Part shown: in pieces, positions 43,185 through 54,677 of the stretch
Layout: each line of letters starts with the position of its first letter
Position numbering within the stretch: the stretch's first letter is position 1
Assembly: GCA_964016885.1 (NCBI GenBank)
Contig: OZ024742.1
Coordinates: forward strand, 229,028,001 to 229,092,000
Direction of reading: 5' to 3'
DNA length: 64,000 nt
Source: Eledone cirrhosa
Lineage: Eukaryota
The notes under the pieces: generated by a model
Told to the model about the DNA's origin: nothing
The model's database searches: none
Seen by the model: only the letters and a program-made list of their open reading frames with translations
Program-made: the position numbers and the translations under genes

Positions 43185-43701
43185 GATCCCGTCGAGGTTG
43201 ACTTTGCCTTTCATCCTTACGGGGTCGATAAAATAAAGTACCAGTAATGCACTAGATATTTGCTGGCCTTGTGCCTAAAGTAGAAACAATTATAAATAAT
43301 AGGTGCGATATAATAAGGGGGTGCCTTGGCAGTATCGGTAGAGGGTCGGACGCCATGCTTTGCAACATAGAGTTACGCTCGTTTACGGTCTGAGTTCAAA
43401 TCCCGCCGAGGTAAACATTGCCTTTCATCCTCACGGGGTCGATAAAATAAAGTACCAGTAATGTACTGAGGTAATTGCAGTCCTTGTACCTATAGTAGAA
43501 ACAATTATAAAGGCGGTGGATTACCTGTATCAGTAGAGGGTCGGACGCCATGCATTGCAGCATGGAGCTACGGCCCTTTCCGGTCTGAGTTCAAATCCCG
43601 CCGAGATTAACTTTGCCTTTCATCCTCACGGGGTCGATAAAATAAAGTACCAGTAATGTACTGAAATAATTGCTCGCCTTGTGACAAAAGTACAAACAAT
43701 T
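43185..43701 (+). mobile_element. three tandem SINE copies (43185-43291, 43317-43506, 43511-43701)
   Basis: Head-to-tail repeats of family consensus. Confidence 0.85.
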
Positions 43702-43941
43702 ATAAATAATAGTTGAGAAAACCGACGGAAACGGAAACATTGTGGACAGAGGCATTCTCGGCGACTTGAACACCGCATATCTCCGATACAGGGCGAGTGC
43801 GTTAAGATCTATACTAAGGAGCCGCTAGCTCTTAGAAGATTTTTAGCCTGTAGCCAAAATTGTCAACAACGCCGTTGACTTAGGAATCTTTGGGAAAATT
43901 TTAAATTTGAAGTGTGTGCGTCTCAACCCAAATGTCCATAA

Positions 43942-44130
43942 TAATTGTTTCTACTTTAGGGACAAGGCCAGCAATTACGCAGTGCATTACTGGTACTTTA
44001 TTTTATCGACCCCATAAGGATGAAAGGCAAAGTCAACCTCGACGGGATTTGATCTCAGATCGTAAAGGGACGTAACTATGCTGGAAAGCATGGCGTCCGA
44101 CCCTCTACCGATACTGCCAATCCACCGCCC
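43942..44130 (-). mobile_element. tRNA-derived SINE, full length
   Basis: Matches family consensus. Confidence 0.85.
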
Positions 44131-44502
44131 TGCGTAGTAGTTCACTATAGAAGATAGTTGAGAAAATCGGATAAATTCCACTCGAAGAGTACAACAAGGG
44201 ATAGCAGTCTGTTACATAGTTAACCCACAATTTCAGTTGGTATTTATTTTCAGCTAAATGAAGTGAAACTATGTGAAATGAAGTCTCTCTTGCTCAAGAA
44301 AACAATGCGCTGTCAAATCCGTATACTGACAATCATGAGGCCTGAAATCCGAATGCCGTATGCATTCATTTTTAAACAGTTTAATAAATATAAAGTAAGC
44401 TTGGCCTGTGTATTGTGAGAAAAGAATAGTTCTGAGGAATATAAGATTTTATAATCTAAAATGTTAAAACTTCGTTGAGAGCCATCTAACATACATAAAA
44501 TT

Positions 44503-44845
44503 GTAAAGACCCTCCCTCTTCGGTCACGAATTCCCATGGGATTTGCATCAAGAAAGTTTCCCTCCGAGGCACAAGTCCGGGTAGGGTTGTTTGTCGAAGG
44601 TCCAACAGTTGCCCATGCATACCAGTCTCCCCTCTCCATGCCACCGATGTTATCGAAGGGAAAGGCAAAGGCTGATACAGCTTGGCACCAGTGACGTCGC
44701 GACTGATTTCTACAGATGAGTGAACTGTAGCAACGTGAAATAAAGTGTCTTGTTCAAGGACACAACGCAAAGCCCGCCCCGTGAATCGAACTCGAAACCT
44801 CACAATTGTAATCCCGATGCTCTAACGACTAAGCCATGCGCCTTC
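44503..44845 (-). mobile_element. tRNA-derived SINE, second family (V/CORE-like domain)
   Basis: Head 'gaaggcgcatggcttagtcgttagagc...gagttcgattc', then 'gtgtccttgaacaagacacttt'. Older relatives near 15700-16050, 48300-48600 and 61600-61970. Confidence 0.75.
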
Positions 44846-45841
44846 ATAACATGCATATAAAACAACAAAAACGATACCAGGATGTACTTTGCACTACTGC
44901 CCAGTTTTATATTATTTACCAAACTGGATAATGTGATATTAGAAATGATTAGAAATCATTAAAGCGTCAAACAAATGCCTTAAAGTATTTCTTCCGACTC
45001 TTTACAGTATCAGTTCAAATCCCATTGCGGGCACCTTTGTCTTTCGTTCTTCCGCGGTCGATAAAGTAAAGTACCAGTACTGGTGTCAATTTAATCGACC
45101 CCATCTTCCAAATAGTTGGGCTAATTAAAAACAAAATGGACCAATAACTCCCCACCGTAAGTGACAAGCGGCGATGCTTGGGCATTTTTTAAAGTTGCAG
45201 AACCCATTCTTCTCCAGGTCTGCATCCAGCCAACTTCTTCTAAGAGAGAGCTAGATAGATAGATAGAGAGATGGAGAAGGGAGAGAGATGGGGGAAATAG
45301 AGAAAGATAGAGAACCGACCTTAAAAGACTGAACTGCAAAGTGGACTTCGGTGAGATTTAAACTCAGACTGCTCAGATCCTTCTATCCTACATTATAATA
45401 ACTTTATAAATTCGCTGACTTCTCCCAACTATATAGATTGATAAACTTTCTTTATAATATACTCAACCCATTGACATGGGTAAGTGAGATTTAATTTGTG
45501 GTTATAATGTAATAATAATGACTGGAAAAGAACATTTAACACTCTGCTTAATAGACTATCAATTATTATCTTTGCCAGTTAATCAGTTAATAAAATTTAA
45601 ACTATTATCATTAGAAGCTACTGGGTGGTTGATTTGCTGAATCGATACATTACCGAGTGTAATGCCTCAGGGTATAGGTTTCAGAGTTCAAAGTCAGCCG
45701 AAGTCAACTTTTCTTTCCATCCTTTTGAGATCAATAAAGTAAAGTATCAGACAAGTACTGAACTCGATATAATCGACTTTATTCTCTCTAGAAGATTGCT
45801 GGCTTTGTGCCTAAATTAGTAAATATTATTTGAAGTAACTA

Positions 45842-46031
45842 GGGCGGTGGATTGGCAGTATTGGTAGAGGGTTGGATGCCATGCTTTGCAGCGTAGAGTT
45901 ATGACCCTTTATGGTCTGAGTTCAAATCGCGCCGAGGTTAACTTTGCCTTTCATCGTTACGGGGTCGATAAAATAAAGTACCAGTAATGCACTGGGATAA
46001 TTGCTGGCCTTGTGCCTAAAGTAGAAACAAT
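45842..46031 (+). mobile_element. tRNA-derived SINE, full length, TSD 'attatttgaagtaactag'
   Basis: Family consensus flanked by the direct repeat at ~45825-45842 and ~46030-46047. Confidence 0.88.
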
Positions 46032-46677
46032 TATTTGAAGTAACTAGAAGTTGGTGGATTGGAGGTCAGACAAAATATCGTGTTCTTAAGGTTTCTGAGT
46101 TTGATACATTAAATACCATTCAAGTAGTGGATCGATTTAATCTAAACCTACCCTGCGCTCCAGCAAATTGTTGACCCACATGCCTAAATTTGAAACTAAT
46201 ATATATCACGGCGATTTATTTTATCGATGCCAGAAAAAGCAAATTCTATCCCGGCGATATTTTAACTCGAGCCAGATATAGCAAGAACGCACACTCTGCG
46301 AAATATTCATTCTAAATATGCTTTACATTCACACACGATTTCCAAAGTAAATTCATGTCTGTTCTCAAGTATTGTAGCAACCTACGATAATAATACTTAT
46401 TCTAAATATACAACACGCCATTCTTGAGTCATCAGAAACCACCTGACACAGAAGGAAGTATAATTATATAATATTATTTCAATTCTTAACCATTTTACTC
46501 TCCATTAACCTGTGATCTTTCCTGGAATATTTAATATTATATCAGCTGCCCTTTATACAACATCTTATAGTTATATTAACGGAGTTCAAAATATTCTCTA
46601 ATAAATATAATATAATATAATATAATATAATATATATAATATATAACACACACACGCATATATATATATATATATAA

Positions 46678-46755
<78 letters not shown>

Positions 46756-46853
46756 GCGTGTGTGTGTATGTGTGTGTGAGTGTATACACATGCACACACA
46801 TATCATGCATATATATATGCATATATGTATATATATATTTGCATACACATACG

Positions 46854-46923
<70 letters not shown>

Positions 46924-48869
46924 CGCGTGTGTCTATGTACATATGTATGTATATATATACATATGTACATACACTCGCATATATACATATATTTATATAG
47001 TCATACAAACATATATGAAATAGAATAGAATTATAATACGTTTGCGCAACTGTTGTAGGTTATAATATTTTTTTAATTCACTTTTAAAACAAGCGTGTAT
47101 ATAATCGGAATGAAACCGCTCTTAGAACTCTGTTAATTCTATAAAAAATACACAGATGATATATATATATATACATATATGTTAGTAGGATATAGATTTT
47201 TTTTTGCCTTGTATGAATTTGTTTTTATCTCCTTTTTTATTTTAGTTTTACTATTTCCTTGTTTTGTTGTATTTTTTTCGGCAACCTGTTCACTATTTGA
47301 AATTTTACTTGGAGTAACTTTGTGATTTAATTTCCCAACGAAAAAGAGAATGGTAATTTCAATAGACAAGATCTTCAGCTTTATATTACGTCAATGAATC
47401 GTGAAACAGTCGCGACAGAGGGTCTGCTCTTGTCTTTGCTTCTAATAAAAATTAGTTTCAGAAATTAGAATAATCTAGTTTCGTTTCGGTTTCGTTCCGT
47501 TTTATTATTTTTTGTTGTTTCTGTTTTTAACGGTGCTAGAAATGATTGCCAACAATTCAAGATAAGAATACATTGGAGAGCCTATAATTGAAGTTTAACT
47601 TTAACAGGAGTCTTTTAGTCTTGGAATGTAGAAAAACAAAACATAACAAAATGAAAATATATGAAAAAAATACGAAAAAAACTAATTACTCTCTTTCATA
47701 TAATGCACCTGAATATGGTTCTTTATTGGACAGATGTACGTGTGTTATTATCTATGTTTGTATGCAGGAATGTGTGTATGTACTTTAATGTATATTTGTA
47801 TATATATGTATCTGTATTAAGGGATAGATGTATATGTGTATATGTATATGTTTGTAACATGTATGTGCATATGTATGTACCAATGTTTGTCATCCATTAG
47901 CTAAAACAGAAACAATAAACATTTTTTGCGTTTTACTTTCATATTTCCTGACAGAGCAGAAAGCTACAGAAACACATATTTCACTAAACAGTGTGTGTGT
48001 GTGTGTGTGTATATATATATGTATGTATGTAAATACATATGTATATATTTATATAAATATATACAATATATATAGACAAGCAACAATAATACAAGAGAAC
48101 TATACAATATATTAATGGTATATTAATTTAATGCTTGAAAAAGTCTTAGCGTTGCAGATGCTTGGCCTTTATCGTGAAATAGAAATAGCTGGAAGAGAGA
48201 ATGATTGAGAGAGACATAATAAAATGTAAGACAAACAAGAGTAAAAAAGAAGAGAGAACACAGATCTTGTTAGCCTTCGATATATGAATAGATGGAACTC
48301 CTTCGATTTCGACGATGATTATTCCAGTTGTTCCATCAACGGAGCAGCCTACTAATGAAGCTAACGTAATTCTCGGTAGGAGTTAGCGTGACATTGTGGG
48401 ACATGACCAGAACTATGAAGTACGGATACACTCATTTCAACGAGCTTCCAAACAGTTTTCGTCTATCCAATATCACTCACAAAGCATGGGTCAAACAGAG
48501 GCTATGGTAAATGACATTTACTCAAAATGCCACTTGAGATCTAATTTAGAACCTAGTGATTGAGAAACAAACCTCTTAACCAATGGGCCATGCTGTGCCC
48601 ACATAGTAGCACCAAAGGAGATATGGATTGAATCTGTTTATATTTACAATCAATGCCTTTTTTATATATCTAAGTAGACTGTCAAACACATCAACCTAGA
48701 CTGCTTATACTTGCGTACATTATTGTAGAAGTACTTCGTTGTACAGAAAATGCAATCTAAAAGAAATGCATTGCAAGTCACCTAATTTTCAAACGTGGGC
48801 GATGAATGTCTTTGGAAAAGATGAGGAGAGAGGTTACTTAAAATACTCTCTAGCGAAAATACTAATGGC

Positions 48870-48934
<65 letters not shown>

Positions 48935-49198
48935 ATACACACACACATACGCGCACACACACACACACACATATATACACACATACACACAAACACACAC
49001 ACACTTATAAGATGATTCCAGATTCACTATCGAGTTTGACCACGTTTTGAACCACTTCCTACCTTCATTCAAAGATGCATGCATCCATACACACTTAGAC
49101 ACACAAATACACACACACACACACATACACACATACACACACACACATACACAAACATATATATACACCGTGTTTGTTGTGTATTATATGCTATATAA

Positions 49199-49384
49199 GG
49201 GCGGTGAATTGGCAGTATCGGTAGAGGCTCGGGCATGCTTTCCAGCATAGTTACGTCCCTTTACGATCTGAGTTCAAATCCCGCCGAGGTTAACTTTGCC
49301 TTTCATCCTTACCGGGTCGATAACATAAAGTACCAGTAATATACTGGAATAATTGCTGGCCTTGTGCCAAAAGTAGAAACAATT
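49199..49384 (+). mobile_element. tRNA-derived SINE, probable TSD 'attatatgctat'
   Basis: Matches family consensus. Confidence 0.85.
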
Positions 49385-50167
49385 ATATGCTATTTTCGTC
49401 TCTTCATATATTTAAATGTTGGTGTAGAGTTGGTAACTAATGGGAATCTTGTTATAATCGACTAAATTTCGCTGAAGGTCCGCTTTCTCACGGCCACTCT
49501 CCAGTGGTTGAAAAATATTAAAAAGAAGAATGAAATAAAATTATTGAACTCACGAACGTACGAAGAATTGGCATGTTGGATTTTTGAACAAATATTTTAT
49601 TTTCCGTTACTCCAATCTATTCGGTTGCCAAGCAATATGATGTACCCGTAATTCAAAGGGCCAACCATGTTACACAGTGTCATGCAGAATATATTCGAGA
49701 ACTCTGTTATAGGTACAAATGTGCATGGATTTCTTAGTGACGTTGACGTTAATTTCACGAGCAGTCTGTTCCTTTGATCAATCAACTGGAACGTTCGTTA
49801 TCGAAACTAATGGCCAACACATCCCTGATTAGAAATATCCAATATGCAATACATCGATTAATACATTGAGATTTTCGCCACATTTTGCAAGCTACACTAT
49901 TTCATGTAGGATATTAGTTATTTAAATGAGACAGTTGAGTGATAAATTTCACCTCCAAAAACAAGTATTTATTCGTATAAGGCCATTAATTCGGACATCG
50001 TCAATTTGTCATTAATGTTATATTTACGAGATTATAAATACTTTGCTGGACTTCTACTAATTTGTTAACATCTACACACACATACATACACACAGATACA
50101 CACACACACATACATACACACACATACACACACACAAACAAACAAACACACTCACACGCACACACAC

Positions 50168-50214
<47 letters not shown>

Positions 50215-50596
50215 GTTGTGGGATTGTAATGTCAAGTTACTGAAGGTTCACCTAAATATTAGTATTATTATTATCATTATCATTATATATATATATGTGT
50301 GTGTGTGTATGTGCGTATGTGTGTGTGTGTGTGTGTGTGTGTACCATTACACGAACACACCACCCGTCTCCACACTATTCTTTGCTTAAACTTTAATCTG
50401 TTATTATAATAAATATTTGCTCTATGGGTTTATATATATAATCCTTATTGAGTCCTCTTCGGATTTTAGTCTTCACATTTATTATTACTATATATATATA
50501 TATATATATATAAGTTTATGCCGGGTTAAATCGGGGTTAACCACAGTAAATAAGGTACTCAATACATAGCAGAGTATAGATATTTGATATAGAAAT

Positions 50597-50692
50597 GGCT
50601 TCTACAGGACTAGGACTGTTTCATTCGGGAGAAATCACCAGGAAGCCCTGATGATTTCTCCCGAATAAAACCGTTCTAGTTCTGTAGAAGCC
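50597..50692. ncRNA. back-to-back HHR pair: 50597-50647 (-) and 50648-50692 (+), each with a core mutation
   Basis: (-): ggcttc-CTGGTGA-t-ttc-tccc-gaa-t-GAAA-cag..ctg-TA-gaagcc. (+): CTGATGA-tttctcccgaat-AAAA-ccg..ctg-TA-gaagcc. The consensus of the two is a canonical HHR. Confidence 0.75.
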
Positions 50693-50702
50693 ATTTCTAT
50701 AT

Positions 50703-50735
<33 letters not shown>

Positions 50736-51117
50736 TTAGCCCGATAGTGGGTTTTAGAACGTTCTTAGAACCTTGCAAAGATGAGTTGACGTACATGGAA
50801 GTTTGGTTAACCAGACCACTGTGTACTATTACACGAACACACCACCCGTCTCTTTCCATTCAAATTAGAAGTTTCATTCTTAGCAAGTATGATGACAAGT
50901 AAGTATGTTTTGAAACAGCCCGTGAGTTGAAAATAGAAGTAGAAGCTTTCGCCGTATTTCTTAGAGGGTTCTGAACACCACTATCAGGCAAAAGATTATT
51001 TAGTAAAAAATACGGCGAAAACTTCTATTTCTATTTTCAAACTCGCTCGCTGTTTCAAAACATACTTACACCCCCCCCCCCATATATATATATATATACA
51101 TATATATATACAAATAT

Positions 51118-51886
51118 AAAATCAGCGATTCTCGGATTTCGGCAGTGGTCGAAAACAAAGCGAAACGCAATATCGGAATTATGCTGGCAAGCGCTCCATG
51201 GACCAAATACAGACCAGAACAATAATCATAGGTTATAAAGGCCATACAAACTGAGATGGCGGTCAAGAAGCCATCAACCACCTAAGCCAAAAAGATGAGG
51301 CAGGCCAAACAGGCCAAATAAAATAATTGAAATATTTACCCGGACCCTCGGAAAAGATGGTTTCTGCGACACCTAAATCAATTATACTGCTTGCTTAAAA
51401 TAATAAGCTTTTGATATAATGATCGAACAAGGCTGTCACTTCGCCAACAGGTATTTTGTTCTACGCCAGGGTGCGGAATCACGCAGTGGTATGTAGTAGT
51501 AAAACCACGTATGTACTAGTAAAACCCCAGATTTTGGCAGATGAATTCAATAAGTGTGAAATTAATGCAATAATTGCAAAAACTGCACAAATCAAATTAA
51601 GCTCTTGACAGGGTAGTTTTTAAATAAACTTAAGAAATAGAATTATCTAAAAAATTAACTGGTTAATTGCTAGACCCGGGAGATTAATACTAATATAATT
51701 TCAGTGAGATTCTTCGAATTTCGGCAGTGGTCGAAAACAAAGCGAAACGCAATATCCGTGTTATGCTGGCAAGCGATCCATAGACCAAATAAAGACCAGA
51801 GCAATAAACATAGGGTATAAAGGCCAAACAAACTGAGATGGCGGTCAAGAAGCCATCAACCACCTAAGCCAAAAAGACGCGGCAGT
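51118..51886 (+). mobile_element. ~582-nt terminally redundant element with decayed HHR-like motif (51532-51581)
   Basis: ~180-bp direct repeat ('tcggcagtggtcgaaaac' at 51139 and 51721). ttttgg-CAGATGA...GAAA-tta..taa-TT-gcaaaa. Confidence 0.6.
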
Positions 51887-51889
51887 AGT

Positions 51890-52660
51890 ATGTATATATA
51901 TACATACATGCACACATATATATATGTACTCATGGACGGTGCTGCTCGATAGCTAGTAAGCTTGAAACTAGTGCATCGTTCCTTTGTCAGTGTTGAACAA
52001 ATGGGCAACGATGGTTGCTAAACACTGTACGGCTTGGTTCGGGATGTTTGTTTACAAACACACCGAGCATTGTGATAAATGTTCGATGAGTCCATGCGTA
52101 CATATATATATATATATGTGTGCATGTATGTATATATATACATACTACTGTACGTCTGTATACATATATGTATGTACGTATACATACTTATATTTAAGTA
52201 ACAACCGTACTAAGAGTGAGAAATGAAATTCGTTTCATTTTTACCGTTTATCGTTTTCGGTGCGCCCGGCCGATTAACTCACTCAATATGCAAATTAGGC
52301 TGCTCAGCCGTTAATATGCATAAGGAAAATATATACTTTCAGACGTTCAATCATCTGGCAGGAAGGTATACGGTGCTGACGATAGCTAATAAGCTTGAAA
52401 CTAGTACATCGTTCCTTTGTCAGTGTTGAACAAAAGGGCAACGATGGTGTTAAACACTGTACGGCTTGGTTCGGGATGTTTGTTTACAAACACACCGAGC
52501 ATTGTGATAAATGTTCGGTGAATCCATGCGTACATATATATATGTGTGCATGTATGTATATATATACATACTACTGTACGTTTGTATACATATATATATG
52601 TACGTAAACATTCTTATATTTAAGTAACAGCCGTACTAAGATTCGTTTCATGTTTCCGTT
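51890..52660 (+). mobile_element. family H5 tandem copy (~433-nt period) with HHR at 52370-52412
   Basis: Two head-to-tail units; acggtg-CTGACGA-tagctaataagctt-GAAA-ctag-TA-catcgt. Confidence 0.85.
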
Positions 52661-52714
<54 letters not shown>

Positions 52715-52724
52715 AAAATGTATG

Positions 52725-52823
52725 ACCCCGACGGCAGAGCTCAAGCCGTTTCGACGGCTATTTCTGGACTAAAGTAAGAGATTTTCTAGTCTGGTAAATA
52801 AATAGCCGAACTTTTCAAGGGGT
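52725..52823 (-). ncRNA. type I HHR with U3-A8 variant core (family H2)
   Basis: acccc-TTGAAAA-g-tt-cggctattt...aaatagccg-t-c-GAAA-cggc-ttgagctct-gccg-TC-ggggt. Confidence 0.75.
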
Positions 52824-52932
52824 ACTTCCTTATATCGGAAGATTGAAGTTGTCAAGATGATTGCTCAAAATTTGTCTGCTACGAATTTTGACCAATCCTC
52901 TTGACAACTACAATCTTCCCATATAAGGAAGT

Positions 52933-53032
52933 ACCCCTTGAAAAATTCGGCTATTTATTTACCAGACTAAAAAAAACTCTTACTTTAGTCCAGAAATAGC
53001 CGTTGAAACGGCTTGGACTCTGCCGTCGGGGT
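52933..53032 (+). ncRNA. type I HHR with U3-A8 variant core (inverted copy)
   Basis: acccc-TTGAAAA-a-ttcggctattt...aaatagccg-tt-GAAA-cggc...gccg-TC-ggggt. Confidence 0.72.
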
Positions 53033-53164
53033 CATACTTTCTCATATATATATATATATATATATATAACGAAGGAAATGTGGTAAGGAACCAGGTGGAC
53101 CATAACGCACCAAAGTACTCAATACTTAGGGTAGTAGAGTGGGTATATATATATAAACATATAT

Positions 53165-53237
<73 letters not shown>

Positions 53238-53334
53238 AAGGTTAAACAAGGTTCAATGAATAAGTCAATGAATAAAGTTTTACAATAAATTAGAAGCACT
53301 CCAGAGAAATGGTTTTCCGGAGTTATTAATATTA

Positions 53335-53657
53335 ATTCAAAATATTAACAAATATAGACATTCGTGTCATCAAGTATATTTTATTATACATATTTCAGAG
53401 GTACTGAGCTATTTACAACAGTACGTCCTCATCAGATAAAATAAGATGATGCTTGACATACCTTGACTATGTTGATGGTTAAAATTCAGTCATGCCATGA
53501 CTGAATTTTAACCATCAACATAGTCAAGGTATGTCAAGCATCATCTTATTTTATCTGATGAGGACGTACTGTTGTAAATAGCTCAGTACCTCTGAAATAT
53601 GTATAATAAAATATACTTGATGACACGAATGTCTATATTTGTTAATATTTTGAATTT
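53335..53657. mobile_element. near-perfect ~160-bp-arm palindrome carrying two HHRs
   Basis: Centre ~53495. HHR at 53548-53612 (+): attttat-CTGATGA-gga-c-gtactg...cagtac-c-tct-GAAA-tatgta-TA-ataaaat; mirror at 53378-53442 (-). Confidence 0.85.
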
Positions 53658-53814
53658 ATATATATATATAAATGAGATCAATTGTACAGTTGTTGTTCTA
53701 TGGTATCAATTTGACATACCAGAACTATAAAATTGAGATAAGCGGAGCAGGTAAGATTCAAACAATTTTTTAAAATAAATTAAAAAAATAATTTAAATAT
53801 TTACCTATTCCATT

Positions 53815-53896
53815 TGCTTTTACCGACGGTTTCGCCTCACAAAAGATTGGAAGTCCGATGGACCTCCAATAGAAATGTTCGGTTCTTCAGAAAGCA
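53815..53896 (-). ncRNA. type I HHR (family H6 relative)
   Basis: tgcttt-CTGAAGA-acc...ggc-GAAA-ccgtcgg-TA-aaagca. Stem I differs from the 8184 copy but still pairs. Confidence 0.75.
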
Positions 53897-53924
53897 TTTA
53901 TCTCAATGTTATATATATATATAC

Positions 53925-54503
53925 GTGTAAATGAAGTAATTCCGCGGAAAGGTACAGGGAAAAAGAGTGCTCCATGTAGTCTACAGAGCTTATTAGTTAT
54001 GTAATAAACAAAATAAGATAATTATTTCATTTACCAGTGGTTTCTTGAAAGGCAGATACTATATCTGTTTTCAGTCGTCAGAATGAATAAAAAAACATTT
54101 GTCATTGGTATCAGCACAGAATTGTCCATCTCATTCTTTTAATGACTTGTTCAATTTTATCAATAAGCATTTTAGTGTATGTTGTGTAGGAGTAAGTTTA
54201 TTTTTGATAGAATAATCCAATTCATAAACGTCCATGATGTATGTTGGTTAATTTCCTGAAACTGTAAAGTGCTCAACTCATCGGGCTGGAAAGTGCCAAT
54301 CATATATGTAATATAGAATATGCTTCGATCATTCCCGGTTGGAGCTGTATAAATGAAGTAATTCCGTCGGAAAGGTACAGGAAAAAAGAGTGCTCTATGT
54401 AGGCTACAGAGCTTATTCTGACAACTGAAAAGAGATATAATATCTGCTTTTCAAGAAACCACTGTTAAATGAAATAATTACCTTATGTTGGTTATTACAT
54501 AAT
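53925..54503 (-). mobile_element. family H7: ~422-nt terminally redundant monomer plus inverted segment
   Basis: 'atgaagtaattccg..ggaaaggtacagg...gagtgctc..tgtag.ctacagagcttatt' at 53931 and 54353. HHR at 54026-54087 (-); decayed inverted HHR at 54416-54473 (+). Confidence 0.8.
54026..54087 (-). ncRNA. type I hammerhead ribozyme
   Basis: ttcatt-CTGACGA-c-tgaaa-a-cagata-tag-tatctg-cc-tttca-a-GAAA-ccactgg-TA-aatgaa. Confidence 0.8.
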
Positions 54504-54538
54504 TATATATATATATATTAATCTGTTATTTTAATAAA

Positions 54539-54602
<64 letters not shown>

Positions 54603-54628
54603 TGTGTGTGTGTATACATCATATATAC

Positions 54629-54677
<49 letters not shown>

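Noticed and set aside
43317-43701. tRNA genes (A/B-box-like motifs)
   Set aside because: These are SINE heads: no cloverleaf, and always followed by the SINE core.
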